Positions 1-11,600 of a DNA stretch of 64,000 nucleotides are shown here, in pieces. Positions within the stretch are counted from its first letter, which is position 1. Each line of letters starts with the position of its first letter. Location: contig OZ024740.1 in NCBI GenBank assembly GCA_964016885.1, positions 361,956,001 through 362,020,000 of the forward strand, read 5' to 3'. The translations under genes were made by a program, and so were the position numbers. The notes beneath the pieces were generated by a model. The model was given only the letters and a program-made list of their open reading frames with translations. It had not been told where the DNA came from and made no database searches. The DNA is from Eledone cirrhosa. Its lineage: Eukaryota.

Positions 1-404
1 TGTAAAATGCCATAGTGATACTTGGTGATTGTTTCAAATTAAACCCTAGAATGTTCACAGGGTCAACTAGATATGATGATATCAGGGCATGTGAACAAGC
101 AGTAAGTCATGAGAGGCACTTAAAAAAAGGACCTTTTTGATAAGTGAGAATATCTCCTAACAACAAGAATTGGAGCTGGACTACTTTAACAAAAAAACTT
201 ACGAAAGGGATATGCCCATGTCTATTGTAGGCATGCTAGGATATGCAAAATTAAGGCTTGCCAAAAACATAAACTAGAACAAGATGATGTATTGATCTGA
301 AAATATAAGAATAGAGCTGATGTACATTGTTATCAAAGAAAACGGTTGGATAAGCAAAAAACTCCATATATGTGTATATGAGTTTTTGTGTGAAGACACC
401 TGAC

Positions 405-1250
405 TTTGTGGTTAGGGTGTTTGGCTCATACTGTGTCCTTAAGCATGGCACTTTATTTTTCACTGCTCCACTCCCACTCAGCTGGAAAAAATGAATTGTA
501 CCTGTAATTCAACGAGTCAGCTTTGTAAGATATTGTGTCATGCTGCAACTCTCTGAGAACTATTTAAGGGAGCATATGTTTGTGGAATGCTTAGTCAATG
601 TGTTTTCATTGCTGTTTAGCACTAGGCCAACTTTGATTGAGCAGCCTTTTAGTCAATGTGTTTCATTGCTGTTTAGCACTAGGCCAACTTTGATTGAGCA
701 GCCTTTTAGTCAATGTGTTTCATTGCTGTTTAGCACTAGGCCAACTTTGATTGAGCAGCCTTTTAGTCAATGTGTTTTCATTGCTGTTTAGCACTAGGCC
801 AACTTTGATTGAGCAGCCTTTTAGTCAATGTGTTTTCATTGCTGTTTAGCACTAGGCCAACTTTGATTGAGCAGCCTTTTAGTCAATGTGTTTCATTGCT
901 GTTTAGCACTAGGCCAACTTTGATTGAGCAGCCTTTTAGTCAATGTGTTTCATTGCTGTTTAGCACTAGGCCAACTTTGATTGAGCAGCCTTTTAGTCAA
1001 TGTGTTTCATTGCTGTTTAGCACTAGGCCAACTTTGATTGAGCAGCCTTTTAGTCAATGTGTTTCATTGCTGTTTAGCACTAGGCCAACTTTGATTGAGC
1101 AGCCTTTTAGTCAATGTGTTTCATTGCTGTTTAGCACTAGGCCAACTTTGATTGAGCAGCCTTTTAGTCAATGTGTTTCATTGCTGTTTAGCACTAGGCC
1201 AACTTTGATTGAGCAGCCTTATGAAAGGTATTCCAGTTGAGACTATTTTG
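405..1250 (+). mobile_element. SINE-like element (family B) hosting the 57-bp array
   Basis: gtggttagggtgtttggctcata head and tgtgtccttaagcatggcactttatt..ctgctcca body, shared with copies at 3228, 18470, 26505(-), 55720(-) and 60440(-). Confidence 0.6.
591..1219. repeat. 57-58 bp tandem repeat, about 11 near-identical copies, inside a SINE-like element
   Basis: Unit ttagtcaatgtgtttcattgctgtttagcactaggccaactttgattgagcagcctt; copies differ only by an occasional extra T. Confidence 0.95.
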
Positions 1251-1303
1251 TCCCTTTGTATATTAGTGTCTATACTGTCCAATGTAGACTGTTTTTTATT
1301 TAA

Positions 1304-1554
1304 CCCTTTTGATAGCAAGCTACCTGAAACTGCCCTTGGTTCTACAAAACAAAACTATTTTCAATAAAATGTTTATATTTATCTAAAAATTTCCTATCAT
1401 AATTTTATCTAAAAAGTTTTGTTAAGTTATGTTTCCAACACTAGATAAATAATGAGAATGTTAGTTGCTATATCCTTCCTAATTCTTGATTATTTTCAAA
1501 ATTATTTGAAAATCACTGACAGTATCTTTTATCAAAAATATGGTAATAAAAGGG
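1304..1554 (+). mobile_element. piggyBac-like non-autonomous DNA transposon (MITE family 1)
   Basis: TTAA|CCCTTTT ... AAAAGGG|TTAA termini. Related, more decayed copies at about 1875-2312, 7760-7947, 9050-9430, 10010-10340, 11245-12354, 14575-14820, 40660-41180, 44060-44255, 48410-48545, 59790-59987 and 63085-63330. Confidence 0.7.
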
Positions 1555-2048
1555 TTAAGATGGTAGAAAATGATTTGAGGGAAATCTTGTTACTATTTAT
1601 AGCAGAAAGAGCAATACCATAGATGATTGCCATTAACACAAAATTTACATGATGATGGTGCAGGCAGAGCTAAATACTTAAGAATCTCGTGTCATGAGGA
1701 CAAGGTTTTAGATTTGATCTCACAGCAATTTGCGTGTCTAACTCCCTACACTGTTCAAACAAAACTTAATAGAACTAAAGTGAATGGATTTATAGCAAAT
1801 AATTAGATTAGGAATGTCATCTATTATGAAAGAATTTATAACCTTGCCACAGTCAGAAAACAATATACCATTTAGCCCTTTTGATACCAAACTACTTGAA
1901 ACAATGCTGGATTTATAATGCAAAACTGTTTATTTTGAAATGTTTATACTTATATTAAATTCTTCCATCATAATTTTATTTTAAAATGTTTTCTTAAGTA
2001 ATGTTCTAAATATCAGCTTTCCCAAGAAAAAGTTAGTTATGTTATTAA

Positions 2049-2230
2049 GTGAATTGGCAGTATTGGTAGAGGGTTGGACGCCATGCTTTCTAGCATAGTT
2101 GTGTCCCTTTACAGTCTGAGTTCAAATCCCGCCGAGGTTAACTTTGCCTTTCATCCTTACGGGGTCGATAAAATAAAGTACCAGTAATGTACTGGGTAAT
2201 TGCTGGCCTTGTGCCTAAAGTAGAAACAAT
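2049..2230 (+). mobile_element. tRNA-derived SINE (family A) nested in a MITE-1 copy
   Basis: A-box-like ttggcagtattggtagag, B-box-like gagttcaaatccc, body gcctttcatccttacggggtcgataaaataaagtaccag. Confidence 0.8.
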
Positions 2231-3056
2231 TATTAAATCCTTCCAAATATGTTCAAAATTAATCAAAACACATAGGCAGTGTCTTTTATCAGAAATATGT
2301 TAATGAAAGGGCTAGATTAAATGATAATGTACAGCGGTGGCTCTTAAACCAGAAGCAATTAGCTCACAGAGAAGGCATTTCAGCTAAGGAAGAAATTAGA
2401 GGAAATGTTAGTCAGATTGGGAAAGAATAGTGTACATTGTGTATTTTATATAAAATGGAATAGCAATATACCCAACTGCAGTGTAAATTGTTATTATCAT
2501 CATCATTTTATGTCCATTTTCTACACTGGCATGAGTTGGATGAGCTGTCATGGTCGAAGACCAGACAGGCTTGAGTGACCAATCTTGCATGTTATATTCA
2601 ATATGTGGCATTTCTATGTGCTAGGTATGTTTTTTTTTGTGACACAGGCATGGTGTGTTTTTCATGACACCGGGACTACCATTATACAGAGTGGACTGGG
2701 TGCATTTGATCATGGCATTAGCATTTGAAGTTATTACATTCTAAGCTAGATTAAAGAAGGCTTTCCAATCTTACATAATCTCCATTTAATTATGATTACC
2801 AAATGCTGTAGCCTCTGGTATTGCACCACATTTACTTTTAGTGTCACAGTGCTTGTATTAGTGATCATGTCTTTTGTATCATGGCATTTTGTCACCCAGC
2901 TTAGTCTTGTGCCATTTCCTTCATGATGATTGGTTTCTTGAGGTCATTTTTCACAACTTCATCCTATGTCTTCCTTGTTCTTCCTTTTCCATAGGTCCCA
3001 TCCACCTCAAGATCTTGGCACTTTTAAAAATTCAATTCTCACTCTCTTTGCATATA

Positions 3057-4058
3057 TATCAAATGAAATCCTGATATACCCAACTTTAGCGAATATTGTG
3101 TTTATACCAAATGAAATGCCAATATACTAAACTATAGTGTACATTGTGCATATATTTAAAAAATACCAATATACTCAATTATAGTGTACATTGCACACAT
3201 CCAACTATAATGTATGTTATGTATACATGGAGGCACATGGCTTAGTGGTTAGAGCATTGGCCTTGCAATCGAAAGGTTGTGAGTTCAATTCTCAGACCGG
3301 GTGATGTGTTGTTTCCTTGAGCAAGACACTTTATTTCTCATTGCTCCAGTTTACTCAGCTGTAGAAATGAGATGATAGGGACTGGGGTCCATATCATTCC
3401 ACTGCAAAGTGGTCGTGGAGGTGCCACGGCAAAAATAGCACCCAGCACTCACTGTAAATGAGGTTGGTGTTAGGAAGGGCATCCAGCTGTAGAAATCAAG
3501 CCAGAATCAGTTCCCGTCCCACCCTTGCAAGCAGGGAAAAGCAGACGTAAAATGGTGATGATGATGATGATGATATATATATATTGAGTACTCTTTTGAG
3601 TAATGGTCTAGCCAGTTTCAAATTGATTCCATTCTGATTTAAACGCAAATGAAATATGAATATATCCATGGAAGCATGGAAAATAGATGTAAAACAGTAA
3701 TGATAGTGTATATTGTGTATACATCAAATAAAATACCTAACTATAGTGTAATTTGTGTATATATATAAATCCGATGAAATACCAATATACCTAACTATAG
3801 TGTACATTGCGTATGTATATATCAAATGAAATACCAATATACACAACTATAGTGTACATTGTGTGTGTATATATATATCAAACGAAATACCAACATACCT
3901 AACTATTGTGTACATTGTGTATATAAATAAATAAATAAAATACTGATCTATCCAAGTATAGCGTACCTAGTTTGTATATCAAATGAAATAGCAATATGCC
4001 CAACTATAGTGTACACCATTGTTATGTATTAAATGATATACCAATATACTCAACTATA
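3057..4058. repeat. Degenerate ~55-60 bp minisatellite interrupted by a SINE
   Basis: Recurrent atcaaatgaaataccaatatacccaactatagtgtacattgtg units at about 3057-3215 and 3715-4058, with an isolated unit near 2430-2490. Confidence 0.8.
3228..3574 (+). mobile_element. SINE (family B head) with RTE-like 3' tail
   Basis: tRNA-like head gcacatggcttagtggttagagc..gagttcaattc, then ttccttgagcaagacacttt and ggttggtgttaggaagggcatccagc. The tail acccttgcaagcagggaaaagcagacgtaaaatg(gat)n matches the RTE 3' end at 21496-21550(-). Confidence 0.8.
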
Positions 4059-4624
4059 TGAGTGACCACAAATTAATATTTTACAGAATAAAAAAAAAAA
4101 TTAATAAATTGTTTTAATAATTAACAAAGTAAAAGTATAATGGAGAAAAAATTACTAGATGACAATTAAAAATGGGAGAGGAATTGAGGAAACATCAGAT
4201 TGGAAGGGGAGGAATGTGATCCAGGTTTCTGAAAACCACTGCTGAGGAGCTTATTATTTTTCAGCTATGAATTTGAACAAAACGGTTTTCTAATTTAAAA
4301 TTTATTGACTAACATATATTTGAGTTACATGAAAAACTAGACTGTATTTTATGCATTGTCTAGTGATAAACACAATTCTTCTTCCCTCATTGACCCAGGG
4401 GAACATCCAAAATTTGACAGCTAGAAGAAAAGAGGGCTGCACCAGTGCTCTAACAACTGTCAAATCAACTGCCTTGCAAATTATGTGCCAAGTGTAACTA
4501 ATGTTACTTAATATTTTTTGTGTATAATGTAATAATGTGATTACTGTTTCATGATTATATTAGACTAACAAAGGTTTTTAATTCTTTTCAGTTTCCAACG
4601 GCTAGTGGATCTTAAACTTCCAAG

Positions 4625-4937
4625 ATGGGTGTCGGGGATGATGTAGCACCCCGCTTTACGCAAAAGCCCACACTGAAACAAGAAGATGGGGGAAAGAAAC
4701 TTGTGTTCTTATGTGTTTTGGAAGCATCTCCAGAACCAGAAATAAAATGGTTTCTTGGAACTACACCTTTAAACCCTTCAGACAAGCTGAAGATGCGTTT
4801 GGAAGCTAAAGGAGGCCCTACATATAATGTCATCATGGATCTATTTAATGTAAACAAAGATGATGCTGGGACGTACAAAGTGGTAGCAAAGAACAAACTG
4901 GGAGAGGTATCAGCAACAATCAATCTGAATCTTGGTG
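4625..4937 (+). CDS. unc-22: First coding exon (Ig1); acceptor at 4590-4591, short 5' UTR 4592-4624
   Basis: ttcttttcAG acceptor; in-frame TAA at 4613 upstream of the ATG; encodes [11 protein letters not shown]...SATINLNLG; donor G|GTAAGT at 4938 (phase 1). Confidence 0.92.
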
Positions 4938-6751
4938 GTAAGTAAAATATATATATTTTTTTCATTTATATATCTAAAGTCTGTCCTAAGCCAGGAGACT
5001 CATCAGGCCAGTGCTTATCCTGGTTTCATGGCGTTAGGTGACTGAGAGTTCAAGACTCCCATCATGGATGGGACACCAGTCCATTGCAGGCTTAAACTCT
5101 CAGCTACTGCTGAATCTCATTTTCAGCTGAGTATACTGGAGTAACATGAAATGAAGAGTTTTGCTCAAGAACACAGCACACAACCTCGTCCAGGAATCAA
5201 AATCACAACATTATGATCATAAATCCAACACCCTTACCACTAGACCACATACCTCCACCATTCATATATAGAGTTTTGAAACTATTATCATTAATCAAAT
5301 ATATAAGGGATTTGTGAAGGCATGTTACATAATAATTAGGGCATTGGGATAAAAATGTTATGGTTATGAATTCAATTCCTGGACCAGGCAGCACATTATG
5401 CTTTTGAACAAGAAACTTTATTTCACTTTGCTCCAGTTTACTCTGCTAGAAAAAGTGAGTTCCAATGACACAGGTGTTAAGCTGTATCAGTCTGTGCTTT
5501 TCTCTTGGACAACATCATATAGTGTGTATACATAGTGTATATATAGTGTATATATGAGATGCAATGACACTAATGCTATGCTGTATCAGCCTTTGCTTTT
5601 TCCTTGGACAACATCAGTGATGTGGAGAGGGGAAATTTGCTCACATAGGTGACTGCTAGTCTTCCTCAAAACACCTTGGAGAAGAACTTTCCAGATGCAA
5701 ACCCATTGTCAGTTATGACAAACTGAATTAAGGAAGCAGGGTTTTATAGTAACTTCTTAGCTTGTCATTTGACAAGATTGGATGATAGATAGTGTAGGAA
5801 AGGAAAGAACCAGTCATTAGGTAGGACAACAAAATAAACTGTTTCCATTGGTGATAATATCTGCCACTTGCAACTCCTGACAGAAGGAGCAATGTGAAAT
5901 AAAATATTATGTTCAAGAACAAAATATGCCTCTTGAACAAGGAGTCAAACCCACAACCTTATGATCATCTGTCCAACACCCTAACCCCTAATATGATATG
6001 TCTGTGTATCCATTCAGTGAATGCGAACTTATGTATAAGATAATTTTCATGTGGAAGATCTAGTCACAAGAGATTTTGACAGTACTGGTTTTGTCCCTAA
6101 AGATATAATTTTCAAGAATTTTTGGAACTCCTCTCTACTGTGATATTTTGAAGACTTGTTGTTACAGCTCAAGCCTTTGTAGCTGACTTCTCATAGGAGC
6201 TTTCTTGGGAATGTTTATAATAGGGATCCAGTCCTATCATTACTTCTGAACATTAGCCAATAAAATGTAAATTTAGTGACATGGAAGGCTGAAATTGAAT
6301 GTCCTTGCATAGAAATTAATGACACTTTGTGAAAAGATAGGAAACCAGTTTTGTTAGGTATGTATGTAGAGGCTATAAATAACAACACAAACTAATCAAA
6401 GAAAGGTTATGTCCTTTTGCTTTTGTGTTCTGTCTCTCTGAAGTGCAAAACCTCAGGTGGAAGTTGCCTCATGGTCCCACTGAATAGAATTGAAAATGCA
6501 TTACCTCTGAGTTGTTTCACATGTTCATTTCCTTTATTCTGCAATGTCATTGAAGACAAATGATCTCCAATCAGGTACTGACAGACATTAAGTACCCAAC
6601 TTTCAGTTCTTAAACAACTTACTTTACTGTAATAATAGGTTTTGGATGTTCAGATATATTTTATCTTATGACACTTCTACAGTTCAATTTGAAAATACTA
6701 CCAAGTATAGTATTAAAAATCAATATGACATTTTAAATGTTTATTTATAAA

Positions 6752-6790
<39 letters not shown>

Positions 6791-8410
6791 ATATATGTAT
6801 ATATATATACGTATGTATGTATATGTATATATGTATATATATATATACATATGTATGTATGTATATATACATATGTATATATAAATCACACAACTGTTGA
6901 GGATTAAAAAAATAATTTTTGGCATTGCTACTACTACCGTCGCCACCACCAGCACTAACACCACTCTCTCTCTCAAACACAAATGCGTATCCTCACACAT
7001 ACACTCTTACTACTCCCTTTCAAGAATGACAGATGTTTTAAACAAAATTTCTAGATACGTATTTTGAGATACCATTGGATTTTTAATGTTATTTACTTGG
7101 AAACAGTAAATGTTAATATCATATCAACAAATTACTGGAAAAAGATAAGTATAAATGTAATGTATACTGAAATACATTCTCCTGCTGGATTGCTAATTAA
7201 CAGTTTTCCTCTCCGAGTTAATTTAATGGAACATTTTCATAAGCTGTTTATTTCAATAAACACTATAATTGTTTCTACTTTTGGCACAAGGCCAGCTATT
7301 CCCCAGTGTATTACTGGTACTTTATTTTATCGACCCCGTAAGGATGAAAGGCAAAGTTACCTCGGCGGGATTTGAACTCAAGATGGCAAGGGCCGTAACT
7401 CAATGCGTCAAAGCATGGCGTCTGACCCTCTACCGATACTGCCAATCCACCGGCCTTTAATAAACACTATAATATCTGTCAGTCAGTATTCCCTTCATCA
7501 TTAAGCAGGGAATTGGCAGAGTTGTTAGAATGTCAGATAGAATGCTTTTTGGTATTCATTTCAGCTTTACATTCTGAGTTCAAATCTTGCAGAGATTAAC
7601 ATCAATTCAATGTTGCTAAATAAAGTGTCTAACTGGGACAGAGGTAGAGTTATCTCTATATTTCTTTCTTACTTCCACTCTCTTTCTCTGGAAGTAATTG
7701 GTTGTGTTCAGACCTGGAAAGGAATGGGCTTTGGCAGGGTTAAAATGCCCCAGGCATATCCTTAAATATTTATCTAAAAATATTTCTATCATAATTTTAT
7801 GTAAGAATCTTTGTTAAGTTATGATCCAAACATCAAATTAATTATGAGAAAGTTATTTTATGAAATACTGCAAAATGTGTGATTATTTTCAAAATATATA
7901 ATCATAGGTAATATCTTTCATTAGAAATATTGTAATGAAAGGGTTAAATAGCCTTTGACATAAGAGCCAAGAATTAAATGTTTGAATTATTAGGCCAACC
8001 TATATTTCAGTGTTTGATTCTCCATTCTATATAAGTTGTAGGAGTGAAAAAGTAATTTCCCTGTTTTTTTTTTTACTATTTTAGTTAATTTTGCACCTTT
8101 TTACATCAACCTATTATTTCAGTATTTTTTTTTTCTAATAAATTAGTGTCCAGTTTTATATAACAATAAGAATTTTAGATATAATCTTAAAAGGACAGTT
8201 TTTAAAATGAGAAAAACAGTAGAACTGTGCCTCCTTTTTATAGTAGGTTACTATAAACTAAAATTTCTTATTATAACAACCCATAAGTTGTTGCTACACA
8301 CAGTTCTTTTGAGTCATCCATTTGAATATGTATACAGAAATTGTGCAAGCGTCTTCTATAGCCTCAGGTTGATTAATTCATTCAGAGTGGAATTTAGTTG
8401 ATGGAATCAA

Positions 8411-8441
<31 letters not shown>

Positions 8442-8604
8442 CATCATCATCATCATTTTTACTTTTCCACATTGGACGGGTCCTTCACAGCATGGCATCT
8501 CTCCACACGTTGCGATCCTTTGTCATCACCTCTGTGAGTCTCAGTGATTTGAGGTCAGCTCTCACAACCTTTCTTGGTCAACTTCTACTGTGGCTTCCTT
8601 CCAC

Positions 8605-8662
<58 letters not shown>

Positions 8663-11600
8663 TACATGTGTTTGTGTTTATATCCTGGGAATGATATGAT
8701 TGACTAAATCCCATTTAGATAGTGCTGCAGCATGGCCATAGTCTGAGTGAAACTAGTAAAAAATTAAAGATTTTAGGTTTGCTCTAATTCATAGAAATGA
8801 AATAAATAAGATAAACTGAAAGAATGCAGCAAAAGTATGCAATTATTACTATGTAATTTTATAAATTTCACATGGTTAAAAAGTTCATATCACAATCATT
8901 AGGCTTTATGTGGCATATTGAGTACATGTCAGTTACCATGACTTTAGGTTGTCCTAAGCCTTTTGTGTAAAATTAGGCAAATGGAAACTGTTTGGAAGCC
9001 CATCGGATGAATGTGCCAATATTGTCACAGACACTTCTGTTATGATATGTTTAATGACAGACACTGCCTATAATTTCCAAATAATTTTGAAAATAAGAAT
9101 TTGTAAAGATTTAGTAATATAATTAACTTTCTCTTTATTAGAAATAGCAAAGATTTTTATACAAAATTAGAACGGGACGTTTTAGATAAATATAAACAGT
9201 TTTGTGTCTCTGTATGAGAGCCAGTTTTAGGCAATTTGGTATCAAATAGCTAATCTAATATTTGGAGCATACCTTAACAAAGGTTCTTACATAAAATTAG
9301 GATAGAGGGCATTAGATAAATATAAACACTTTAAAATAAGCAGTTCTAAGCAGTTCTAAGCAGTTCTAAGCAGTTCTAAGCAGTTCTAAGCCAGATGCTG
9401 TTTCAGGTGATTTGGTATTAAAAGGGTTAAGGACATTAGTGACACAAGTGAACTATTAATGTTCTTCCATATGACCTATTATCCTTTTCACGTAATAATA
9501 TTGGTTCCCATTTGCAAACTATTCCACTTCATTAAAAAGGGCATGTAAATCCACAATCTCACTCAATCTTGCTTCTCCTCCACCTCTAGAAAAGTAATGT
9601 GTAAGAATTCCCTTTGTAAGAATTCCCTGTTTCATATAACTAGAACATATCTTATTACCCTTACAAAAGGGAATTAGACCGAGAAAACCTGTGAGACTTA
9701 GTTGGAGCTGCCTCTATAAAAGGTAATGAACATTAAATTAGGTAAGAAAAATGAGAAGGCCTTTAACACAAGCATACATTAATTTCTAGGGTATGGGAGA
9801 CTGTAGCAGAGAAAGGTAGGTAGGTAATCAGCCCACATTTGTGAGGGGTTCCCCTCATCCATCATAGCTGTTGATTGTTGCAGCATCAGCAGCAGCAGCA
9901 CAGGGGACAGTAGTGTAGCACAATCTGTTTATTTAAAACATGTTATAGTTTTATGAAGTGTTAGATCTTCTTGTTCAGTAGAAATGTAATGAAACTAACT
10001 ACTATTTATTTAACCCATTTGATACGAATCTGCCTGAATCTGCCTCTCTTTATTTTAAATTATTTATATTTATCTAAAATCCTCCCATCATAATTTTATG
10101 TAAGAACCTTTCTTAAGTTATATTCCAAAAAATGAGAAAGTTAGTTATATTACTAAATCCCTCAAAACTTTTAATTATTTGAAAACCATAGACTGTCTTT
10201 TATTAGATATATGGTAAAGAAAGTGTTAATAATAAGAAAGTTAGTTATATTACTAAATACCTTCAAATTATAAATTATTTTCAAAATCACTTGAAAACTA
10301 TAAGCAATGTCTTTTATTAAAAAATATGGTAATGAATGAGTTAGACATAAAATATAATGGTAAATGAAATATCAAAAGTAAAAGAAAATGAATGGATTTA
10401 ATAAAATTTACATAAATATTTTTATTCTGTTATTTTCTATTAAAAGCAACATATTACCTATTTTACTGTAATCTGTAAGTGTTGCATCTTTTTAGAAGGG
10501 GAAGGGGTATTGAGGGGTGAAATTATAATTCTTCTATCTTTCTCACATATAAAGTATAGTTACTGATAAACAGTTAAGTTGGTATCAAATATCAGTGAAG
10601 CAAGAGATATATAGCTGTGAACAAGTCATTAATCTACTTAACACTCTGTATGTAGGAACACTCATTCAAACAGTTAATTCCTGAATCATGAAGACATTTA
10701 GTTTATTCTAAATAAGGAAATCATTATTTCATTATTATTTGAAAATAGAATAAACCTAGTGGAAACATTGCATGAAAATTTATTTTGTTTGGATGGCCTG
10801 TCCCTCTTCATAGCAGTGCCATCCAGTCCCAGTCCCAGGCCCCCAAACTATGGCTATTCTGTGAGGGGGGTTAGGTTCTTCATAAAGTGCCATCCAGTAC
10901 TGGGCTTCAAAACTATAGTTCTGCTGTGAGATTGGTTGGGCTCCAAAACTATGGTTCCACTGTGAGAAGGGTCCAGTGAGTCAACTGACCTGTCGCTCCT
11001 CATAATGGAGCCATCCAGTTCCACACTGCAAGTGAGGTTGGTATTAGGAAGGGCATCCAGCTGTAAAACGCCTGGTCAAATTTACAGTCCTTATCGGAAC
11101 AAGGTAGGGCATGGCTAACTATGGCCAGATTTGCCTCTCAGCGTGGATGACCTGTCTAACCAATGCAAGCATGGGAAAAAGGAACGCTAAATGGTGATAA
11201 TGATGATGATGATTATGATTCTCCTAATAATGTTCATGTCATCCTTAACTCTTTTATTTAATGAAAGACATGGTCTATGATTTTCAAATCATTTAAAAAA
11301 TAATCAAGAATTTGAAAGGGTTTAGTAATATTACTTATAATTAAGCTGGTGTTTGGAACATAACTTAACAAAGCTTCTTATAAACAGAATATTGGTGTAC
11401 AGAGAGAAATTTCTCCTGTAGATCGATTTGCCATCTGATAATCCCTCAATGCTTAAGCATTGAAATTACTCAAGTAGAGGGCACACATAGTTATTGTTAG
11501 TGGTACAACAAAAATACACGAGAGACATGGAGAGTAAATAACATGCCAGAACAATAGAATATCACTTAATATTAGTAATAATATAAAACTGAAAAGGAAT

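Noticed and set aside
540-1240. ORFs with a 19-aa repeat, and a superficially CRISPR-like array
   Set aside because: Pure 57-bp tandem repeat with no unique spacers, no cas genes and a eukaryotic context; the ORFs arise because the unit length is a multiple of 3.
2049-2135. tRNA genes at SINE heads
   Set aside because: Only A/B-box-like remnants followed by a shared SINE body, with TSDs at several copies; no convincing cloverleaf.
4612-4965. 117-aa antisense ORF over exon 1, and + strand ORFs over the RTE copies
   Set aside because: Shadow frames of real coding sequence with no independent features.
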